Origin: a virus
Taxonomy: Duplodnaviria; Heunggongvirae; Uroviricota; Caudoviricetes
Reading direction: 5' to 3' (one strand)
DNA length: 64,000 bases
IMG/VR virus record: IMGVR_UViG_3300032280_000361
Shown: positions 57,640-64,000 of the stretch, piece after piece
Layout of the letters: the number at the start of each line of letters is the position of its first letter
How positions within the stretch are numbered: the first letter of the stretch is position 1
Made by a program: the position numbers and the translations under genes
Notes under the pieces: generated by a model
Database searches by the model: none
What the model was told of the DNA's origin: nothing
Seen by the model: only the letters and a program-made list of their open reading frames with translations

Positions 57640-57909
57640 TTATATACCCTCATCCGGATACCAACCATACTCATCCTTATCTATACTCTTAGGTTTGGTT
57701 TTTCTTTTATGCTTAATGAACCAATAGGTATGAATACATAGTACACACGCATTTACTAATATCGTTGGATTAGCTCCTATCCCTATACCATACACTATCC
57801 ATACTATACTACCTATAGAGTTTACTACCCTTAGTTTGAACATATCCTCTATGGTGAACGATATGAGTATTAATGCTGTCCCAATGTATCCTACTATGTC
57901 TATTATCAT
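57640..57909 (-). CDS. small 3-TM membrane protein (SemiSWEET/PQ-loop-like size and topology, no PQ motif)
   Basis: 89 aa, three hydrophobic helices. Confidence 0.35.
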   Translation of the reverse strand: MIIDIVGYIGTALILISFTIEDMFKLRVVNSIGSIVWIVYGIGIGANPTILVNACVLCIHTYWFIKHKRKTKPKSIDKDEYGWYPDEGI

Positions 57910-57916
57910 TATAAAT

Positions 57917-58555
57917 TTATATTATATCACTACCTACTATCTCTTTATATAACCTCTCCGCTACTATACTATTGTTTCGTTCGGTTAGGTGATTAGAGTA
58001 ATGACCTTCTAACCCTTTCTCATTGTTATTATGGATATCAATATAGGATTGTATATTCTTTCTCTTAAAATACCATCTCTTATCCCCATATACCTCTCTA
58101 TCCTTATCTACGTTAAACATATAGATTTTAGTACCGAATTTCTCAAAGTGTGTCAGCAGATGTTTTATTACCCCACTTCTACTCTCCATTATCTGCTTAT
58201 CATATTTCAATCGGAATTCAATTACCTCCCGCATTATATCCGTCATCCCACTCTCTATCATATTAGGATACCACATTATACCATCTGATATAGAGAACCT
58301 CTCATTGTATGTTATACTCAGTATAAGATACTCAGGTGGGTTCGTAGGATACATTGGTAGAATTTCTTTTATCAGTTGTTCCTCTATTAGGTTATCTATA
58401 CTCGTCGCACCCTCACCGAAATTATGGTACTTAGAATGATACTCATCACCGTATAGTTTTCTAGCTAATATCCTATGCCATTGATTTCTTAATGGAATCG
58501 ATGTATTGAGTATCTTATGGTCTTCTATGTATGAATCTCCGCAAAAACAAATCAT
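57917..58555 (-). CDS. SGNH/GDSL-like hydrolase (paralog 4 of 4)
   Basis: MICFCGDSYIEDH N-terminal block. Confidence 0.4.
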   Translation of the reverse strand: MICFCGDSYIEDHKILNTSIPLRNQWHRILARKLYGDEYHSKYHNFGEGATSIDNLIEEQLIKEILPMYPTNPPEYLILSITYNERFSISDGIMWYPNMIESGMTDIMREVIEFRLKYDKQIMESRSGVIKHLLTHFEKFGTKIYMFNVDKDREVYGDKRWYFKRKNIQSYIDIHNNNEKGLEGHYSNHLTERNNSIVAERLYKEIVGSDII

Positions 58556-58556
58556 A

Positions 58557-59264
58557 CTATATCAATTCTTTGTTAGTATATCCAAAGGTATCCATATCTT
58601 CCTTTGTTATATCTCTTAGTTTTCCGATTATATCCCTACGCCCCTCTTTATGTAAAATGTTTAACATTCTATGTGATTCGTTATGGTGATGCCCTTCGTT
58701 TAACTTATTAAGAATGAATCCATATAGTGTAACCGCATACAATCTATCATTAATTTCCATTGGTATCCCTACCTCATCTAATATACCAAAATCCTCTATA
58801 TACTCTTCCACATTGAAAAAAGGCTTTGTAGTACTCAAGGATATGTTAGATGAAGGTCTGTACCGGTCTACTAACTTATCCCACCCTTCTCTTATATCCT
58901 CTATCTTATATATGGTTTCATTACCCCTTCTATCCAAATCCCAACTCTGCGGTTGTAGATGTGAATCGTTTGATTTAGCACACTTATCCTTATACCCATC
59001 TAAGAATTTATCTAATGCCCTTATCTTATCCGCAAATGGTATCTCCATCCCCTTTACTATCCCTAAGTGGTAGAATATACTAACCAATCTCTCCATTGGA
59101 TTTCTTACGAATAAAAGGGTTTCACCTTCGTGTCTATCTCCCGCAATCCGCATTCCCTTCCAATCTAATATACTCTTAAAGAATCCTGCCATTAGGGAGC
59201 TCCCTGACTTCTCAAAAAATATTAAATTCTTTCTTAACTCAGGTATGTATATTACTTTACTCAT
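58557..59264 (-). CDS. sulfotransferase-like protein
   Basis: IFFEKSGSSL (5'-PSB-like), LFVRNPMERLVSIFYH (3'-PB RNPxDRxVS). Confidence 0.55.
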   Translation of the reverse strand: MSKVIYIPELRKNLIFFEKSGSSLMAGFFKSILDWKGMRIAGDRHEGETLLFVRNPMERLVSIFYHLGIVKGMEIPFADKIRALDKFLDGYKDKCAKSNDSHLQPQSWDLDRRGNETIYKIEDIREGWDKLVDRYRPSSNISLSTTKPFFNVEEYIEDFGILDEVGIPMEINDRLYAVTLYGFILNKLNEGHHHNESHRMLNILHKEGRRDIIGKLRDITKEDMDTFGYTNKELI

Positions 59265-59349
59265 GCATTAAATTTTTATCCAACGATTGAATATAAGTAG
59301 TTCCATCTTCCAATGGAAAGGTTTTGATTAAATATTGCTCTCTGTTCAC

Positions 59350-59745
59350 TCAATCTTCGTTGTGTGACTTACCATCGGTATAACTAATTGTACTACCACT
59401 AGGATATCCATACGCAGTTGATGTTACTCCAAATCCAAATGGTGGATTAGCAATTGTAATTGAACCACCCACATTAGGTGTTGTTGCAATTGTTGTTCCG
59501 TTTGTATCAGGTGTACACGTTATCTTATATGGATTATAGGGGTCTACATAGTGTGGATGTTGCCACGTTGGAAATGGATGTGTATTTGGTGTAGTATTCG
59601 GAACTCCAACCGGAAATCCTATTGGTTCATCACTAACCTCCGCCAATTTATCTTTTAGTATATCCCATTGTTTGGGTGATATATTATACTCGTGTACTCC
59701 GTCTGTAAATCCTTTTAACCAAAGGACAAATTCTTTTGATGTCAT
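59350..59745 (-). CDS. Pro/Thr/Gly-rich low-complexity protein
   Basis: PNTTPNTHPFPTW...TTPNVGGSITIANPPFGFG. Confidence 0.4.
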   Translation of the reverse strand: MTSKEFVLWLKGFTDGVHEYNISPKQWDILKDKLAEVSDEPIGFPVGVPNTTPNTHPFPTWQHPHYVDPYNPYKITCTPDTNGTTIATTPNVGGSITIANPPFGFGVTSTAYGYPSGSTISYTDGKSHNED

Positions 59746-59751
59746 ATTGTT

Positions 59752-60111
59752 TTATTTAATTATTCCGTGTTGTATCGGTTTTCCATTTTCATCAACCGCT
59801 ACGAATACTATTTTATCTATTCTGATAATGGTTTTCTTTGTATCCTTATTTCTTACTTCACAGGCTATCGTTACTGATGTATTACCAAATTGGATTAATT
59901 CACACCCTATCTCTACCACATCTCCTAACTTAGCCGATGATACAAAATTTACCTCACTCATTGCTTTGGTAACTATACTTCGGGTGTTCAATTGACATAT
60001 ACAAAATATAGATGCTTCCTCATCAATCCATTTCAATACCTGTCCGCCAAATAGAGTTCCTCTCGCATTAAGGTCTTCGTATTTGATTAGTTTGCGTGTT
60101 TTGTAATTCAT
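59752..60111 (-). CDS. hotdog-fold acyl-CoA thioesterase-like protein
   Basis: GTLFGGQVLKWIDEEASIFC matches YciA/4HBT block. Confidence 0.55.
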   Translation of the reverse strand: MNYKTRKLIKYEDLNARGTLFGGQVLKWIDEEASIFCICQLNTRSIVTKAMSEVNFVSSAKLGDVVEIGCELIQFGNTSVTIACEVRNKDTKKTIIRIDKIVFVAVDENGKPIQHGIIK

Positions 60112-60112
60112 A

Positions 60113-60364
60113 CTATACTACTGAATACTCTTTTACCTTTGTGATATTAAAGCTCCTCCATCCACCTTTCTCCAAATCGAATACGGTGATGTTATCAGAT
60201 GTGTTACCACCTGCTGATTCTGTCTTAGGATGATTCTCTTCAGGAATTAAATCCATCCACTTAGTACATTTCATTACTCTATCTGTGCCATCCGCTTTTG
60301 TGAATGTTACACTTACAGGTCCGGCTACTAACAATTCAATTAGCTCTGTTTTATTGATTTCCAT
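60113..60364 (-). CDS. hypothetical protein
   Basis: 83 aa. Confidence 0.4.
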   Translation of the reverse strand: MEINKTELIELLVAGPVSVTFTKADGTDRVMKCTKWMDLIPEENHPKTESAGGNTSDNITVFDLEKGGWRSFNITKVKEYSVV

Positions 60365-60366
60365 AA

Positions 60367-60642
60367 TTATTTATTTTCTTTTTTATTAGTTACATTATTT
60401 TGTTCTCTCATTATATCCATCATTACTTCAAAAACTGGAATTTGGTAATGTTCCGCTGCCTTATCTATTTCCTCTTTCGGAAATGATTTAGCAAATATAT
60501 CTTCATCATTGTAGTCCACCAACCAATAATCATCAGCTTCCTCAGGATGTACATCTATATATGCCTCTATCTCTCTGATAACGCCTTCTGCATCTTCAGG
60601 TGATAATTCATGTGGTATAAACCATTTTTGTTGCTCTGCCAT
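60367..60642 (-). CDS. hypothetical acidic protein
   Basis: 91 aa. Confidence 0.4.
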   Translation of the reverse strand: MAEQQKWFIPHELSPEDAEGVIREIEAYIDVHPEEADDYWLVDYNDEDIFAKSFPKEEIDKAAEHYQIPVFEVMMDIMREQNNVTNKKENK

Positions 60643-60658
60643 ATTATTGTTTTTTATT

Positions 60659-60928
60659 TTATACTACTTCAACGGTCAGGTCATTATCTATTAACCTCTC
60701 CGCCATTTTAATCATTTCATCTAATCCACCACTCTTCACTTTACACTTACCACTATTATGTACTATCATAGCACATTGTTCTGCCTGATGTGATGAGTGT
60801 CCACATATTCCAACTAAACATGCTATCACATGCTCAAATGAATTAACATCATCATTGTATAATACTAATATAGAGATATCGATTTCTTTCTCTTTACTTT
60901 CTACCTTATCTTTTAAATCAGTCTGCAT
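60659..60928 (-). CDS. clpS: ClpS-like ATP-dependent Clp protease adaptor
   Basis: ISILVLYNDDVNSFEHVIACL ... QAEQCAMIVHNSGKCKV fits ClpS core. Confidence 0.55.
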   Translation of the reverse strand: MQTDLKDKVESKEKEIDISILVLYNDDVNSFEHVIACLVGICGHSSHQAEQCAMIVHNSGKCKVKSGGLDEMIKMAERLIDNDLTVEVV

Positions 60929-61130
60929 TTGTTCTGTTTATATGTTTTATATGCTCATCAGCCGCTTCACACTTTGCTCTATACATCTTTCGGATTATAC
61001 TACCTAATTGAGAATCTGTTATATTCGTATCTATTATAATCTCTTTACGAACTGTCAATGTTTCCTTTGATTCAGAAGCCATCTCTAACATTTGTTTCTG
61101 ATAGATTTTAGCGTAATCGATTTTAGTCAT
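60918..61130 (-). CDS. hypothetical small protein
   Basis: 70 aa. Confidence 0.35.
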   Translation of the reverse strand: MTKIDYAKIYQKQMLEMASESKETLTVRKEIIIDTNITDSQLGSIIRKMYRAKCEAADEHIKHINRTNAD

Positions 61131-61298
61131 TTACTATCCTTTAGTTGGTGATGAAAAATAATATTCTCTTGCAACCGTCAACCTTTCAATAAAATTTCTA
61201 TTTTCAATCTTAGTATCATCCCACATAGTAGATACTTTTAATTCTTTAGCCCATTCGTTAAATGTAATTCGACTTTTAGTTTTTTCCTTTTTCATATT

Positions 61299-62192
61299 CT
61301 ATTTGTTTATAAACGGTAATATTGCTAACTCCTTTCCTTTTGCTTCAACCATAATGTCCAAATCCAAGTCGTATGTATTGGGGAGGGCATTAATAAGATA
61401 GGAATGTGCTTGTGGTTTTTCTTTTGGGTTGTTTTCATGTAATGCTTTTGATTCAGAATAATGAACTTCTTGCTTTATCCCTTCAGGCCATGTTGTAGCT
61501 GCTAACTTAAGTGCTTGCTCCTCTGATAAATCACCTGTACAAAATTGATGGTGATGGTAATCAAACACAATAGGTATGTCTGTATTCTGATGGATATACA
61601 TAAGGTCTTTAACTGAATACATAGATGCTTTATCATCATTCTCTACCGTCAATCGTTTACTTACCGATGGCGATAGCCTTTTAAAGTTTTTGATAAATCT
61701 ATCCATAGCAGATTGCTTATCTCCATACACACCATTACAATGAATATTGATATTGTTAAATCGTGTCTTAGATAACCCCATCATATCGAATATCTTACCA
61801 TGCAGTTCTAAATCAGCAATTGCGTTTTTAACTACTTCCTCATTCGGAGAAGTTAATACAACAAATGGACCAGGATGTGAGTTGAGTCGCATATTCCAAA
61901 ACTTAGCGTAATCACCTGCTTTCTTTAACTCCGATTTAATCTCTTTATAATCTTTCAGTTGAGTTAAATCAATATGGTCTCCCCACGGAACAATAGTAGA
62001 TGATAATCTAAAAAGGGATATACCATTCATTCTATTCCACTCTAATATCTTTATAATATCTTTAGCGTTCAATAGAGCAAGTTCTGATACATAATCTAAA
62101 CCCTTTGATTCGAAAGTACGCTTAACCATTGCTCGGTTAGTAGTTACTTTCTTACCCATACTCATATTGATACAAGCGTAGCCTAAATTCAT
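61299..62192 (-). CDS. uvdE: UV damage endonuclease UvdE
   Basis: LGYACINMS, FRLSSTIVPW, HPGPFVVLTSPNEEVVKNAIADL, INIHCNGVYGDK, TVENDDKASMYS, IMVEAKGKELAIL align block-by-block with UvdE. Confidence 0.85.
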   Translation of the reverse strand: MNLGYACINMSMGKKVTTNRAMVKRTFESKGLDYVSELALLNAKDIIKILEWNRMNGISLFRLSSTIVPWGDHIDLTQLKDYKEIKSELKKAGDYAKFWNMRLNSHPGPFVVLTSPNEEVVKNAIADLELHGKIFDMMGLSKTRFNNINIHCNGVYGDKQSAMDRFIKNFKRLSPSVSKRLTVENDDKASMYSVKDLMYIHQNTDIPIVFDYHHHQFCTGDLSEEQALKLAATTWPEGIKQEVHYSESKALHENNPKEKPQAHSYLINALPNTYDLDLDIMVEAKGKELAILPFINK

Positions 62193-62554
62193 ATTAATTC
62201 TTTTACGTTTACTAATATACCCAATGAGGTATTGTTATCTCCACCCTTAACTCCCATTCTGGCCTTACCACTTCTAACTAATTCTTTTAGCTTCCGCTTA
62301 AGTTCCTCTTTCGCTATGATAATTGCTCTATGTTCGCTTACCTTATACACCCAATAATCTGCTTCCGATGTTCGGATGCCTGATTTCTTACCTCTACTCT
62401 CATACTCAATATAGACATTACCTGTCTGTTCGGTTAATCTATCTGTTTTAACCTCAACCTTAGAATTAGTAACTATATTGTGAAACCAGCTTTCGCCTTC
62501 CACAACACCAAACTCTAAATCATATCTGAAATCTGAATTGAATTCCATATACAA
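62189..62554 (-). CDS. hypothetical protein
   Basis: 121 aa, 4-nt overlap with uvdE start. Confidence 0.4.
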   Translation of the reverse strand: MYMEFNSDFRYDLEFGVVEGESWFHNIVTNSKVEVKTDRLTEQTGNVYIEYESRGKKSGIRTSEADYWVYKVSEHRAIIIAKEELKRKLKELVRSGKARMGVKGGDNNTSLGILVNVKELI

Positions 62555-62580
62555 ATATACGAAAATATACCCACATTTCC

Positions 62581-62613
62581 AAATAAAAAACCCTCAATTT
62601 TTAGGTTGAGGGT
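62581..62613 (-). terminator. rho-independent terminator after groEL
   Basis: minus-strand CCCUCAA-CCUAAAAAU-UGAGGG + UUUUUUAUUU. Confidence 0.6.
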
Positions 62614-62622
62614 CTTAATTTA

Positions 62623-64000
62623 TTACATTCCAAATCCACCTCCAGGAGGCATCATTGGTGTTTCTTTCTCTTCTTTCTTCACACCGATAACACATTCAGT
62701 TGTTAACAATAGGGAAGCAATACTTGCTGCATTCTCTAAAGCCAAACGAGTTACCTTTGTAGGGTCAATGATACCAGCTGCTACTAAATCCTCAAACTTC
62801 TCAGTTCTCGCATTATAACCATAGTTGCCTACACTACCTTTAACCTCATTGATTACTACTTCAGCAGAACCTCCACCATTTTGAACAATAGTTCTTAAAG
62901 GTGCTTCTAATGCTTTCTTAATAATCTGAACACCGGTGATATAATCAGTATCTTGTCCAACTAAGTTAATTTTAGTTGAATCTTCTAATGCAGTTAGTGC
63001 TCTGATTAAAGCAACTCCACCACCAGGAACAATACCTTCAGCTACCGCTGCTCTTGTTGCGTGTAATGCATCATCTACTCTATCTTTCTTTTCTTTCATC
63101 TCAACCTCTGTAGTTGCACCGATGTATAAGATAGCTACACCTCCACTTAATTTAGCTAATCTTTCCTGCAACTTCTCTCTATCATAATCAGATGTTGCCT
63201 TTTCGATTTGAGATTTAATTAAAGAAATTCTATTCTTAATTTCATCAGCATCTCCACCACCATTTATGATTGTAGTTGTATCCTTATCAATTGTAAGCTT
63301 TTCAGCAGTTCCTAACATATCGATAGTTGCCTTCTCTAATGTATAACCTTTCTCTTCTGAAATTACAGTACCACCTGTTAAGATTGCAATGTCTTCCAAC
63401 ATTTCTTTTCTTCTATCACCAAATGCAGGTGCTTTAACAGCTGCAACTTTCAATGAACCTCTTAACTTATTAACTACTAATGCAGCTAATGCTTCTCCAT
63501 CAACATCTTCAGCAATAATCACTAATGGTTTGTTAGTTTGTGCTGATGATTCTAATAATGGTAGGATTTCTTTTAATGTAGAAATCTTCTTATCATATAA
63601 TAAGATGTATGGTTTCTCCATTTCCGCTTCCATTGATTCTTGATTAGTTACAAAGAATGGAGATGAATAACCCTTATCAAATTGCATACCTTCTACAGTC
63701 TTTACTTCTGTTTCTGTACCCTTTGCTTCTTCAACGGTGATAACACCATCTTTACCAACCTTCTCCATAGCAGTTGCAATCATCGCACCAATCTCAGTAT
63801 CGTTGTTTGCAGATACAGTTGCTACTTGCTCAATCTCTTTTGAAGTTTGAATCTTCTTTGAGATATTAGATAATTCCGCTACTACAACACTAACCGCTTT
63901 GTCGATACCTCTCTTTAAATCCATAGGATTCGCTCCTGCTACTACGTTTTTGTAACCTAATGCGAAAATCTCTTGTGCCAATACGGTTGCAGTTGTTGTA
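62623..64000 (-). CDS. groEL: chaperonin GroEL (N-terminus truncated by window edge)
   Basis: [11 protein letters not shown] at window edge; Ile/Val-rich apical and equatorial blocks; C-terminus [11 protein letters not shown]. Confidence 0.95.
   Translation of the reverse strand, partial: TTTATVLAQEIFALGYKNVVAGANPMDLKRGIDKAVSVVVAELSNISKKIQTSKEIEQVATVSANNDTEIGAMIATAMEKVGKDGVITVEEAKGTETEVKTVEGMQFDKGYSSPFFVTNQESMEAEMEKPYILLYDKKISTLKEILPLLESSAQTNKPLVIIAEDVDGEALAALVVNKLRGSLKVAAVKAPAFGDRRKEMLEDIAILTGGTVISEEKGYTLEKATIDMLGTAEKLTIDKDTTTIINGGGDADEIKNRISLIKSQIEKATSDYDREKLQERLAKLSGGVAILYIGATTEVEMKEKKDRVDDALHATRAAVAEGIVPGGGVALIRALTALEDSTKINLVGQDTDYITGVQIIKKALEAPLRTIVQNGGGSAEVVINEVKGSVGNYGYNARTEKFEDLVAAGIIDPTKVTRLALENAASIASLLLTTECVIGVKKEEKETPMMPPGGGFGM

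Noticed and set aside
57640-57909. SemiSWEET sugar transporter
   Set aside because: Size and 3-TM layout fit, but the diagnostic PQ motif is absent (TIED in its place), so it is kept only as a generic small membrane protein.
1777-63643. About 45 plus-strand ORFs of 60-120 aa that lie antisense inside larger minus-strand genes (for example 1777-2022, 4724-4924, 13403-13633, 27098-27382, 39016-39306, 62606-62818, 63389-63643)
   Set aside because: They are fully embedded antisense to recognisable or well-packed genes. They have low-complexity, Leu/Ile/Phe-rich composition typical of AT-rich antisense frames. There is no start context and none of the promoter motifs.

Overview
AT-rich (~32-35% GC) window. 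Almost all genes are short, tightly packed or overlapping, and lie on the minus strand. Strong hairpin+T-run terminators and a repeated promoter/operator cassette sit between gene blocks. This architecture, together with PhoH, an AAA+ ATPase, Hsp20, internal-protein-like gene families and several anti-restriction/repair genes, points to a large (jumbo-type) phage or prophage of an AT-rich, probably Bacteroidetes-like host. The promoter-like motifs fit a TAnnTTTG-type -7 box, which supports that host guess; the taxonomy remains inference. Points that stand out:
(1) A ~13-kb operon of translationally coupled tailoring enzymes sits next to Cys/Trp/Tyr/Pro-rich candidate substrates. It encodes a flavin-dependent Trp-halogenase-family protein, sulfotransferases (a third lies elsewhere in the window), an APS kinase with a minimal nucleotidyltransferase, at least four P4H-type 2OG-Fe(II) oxygenases, an amidinotransferase-superfamily enzyme, an RmlC-like cupin, a methyltransferase and an SGNH hydrolase.
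(2) Seven adjacent genes share a ~10-aa N-terminal leader, M(I/R)(K/R)LxDIL(S/T)E, with a T4 prohead-protease-like LxE cut motif. Two of the bodies carry HExxH.
(3) Nine paralogous ~100-aa genes form a translationally coupled tandem array; they share the N-terminus MLTIKN(Y/I) and diverge after it.
(4) A phage-borne translation/proteostasis set: tmRNA (ssrA), a ClpS-like adaptor, GroEL (truncated at the window end), Hsp20, and a peptide-deformylase-fold protein that has lost all metal ligands.
(5) Three perfect DnaA boxes and an ~860-bp ORF-free region with degenerate direct repeats flank the only plus-strand gene block.
Other recognisable genes are a GmrSD-like DUF262+HNH enzyme, two paralogous (S)PPY methyltransferases, UvdE, an HD phosphohydrolase, a metallophosphoesterase, an SPFH protein, four SGNH-like hydrolases and a hotdog thioesterase.
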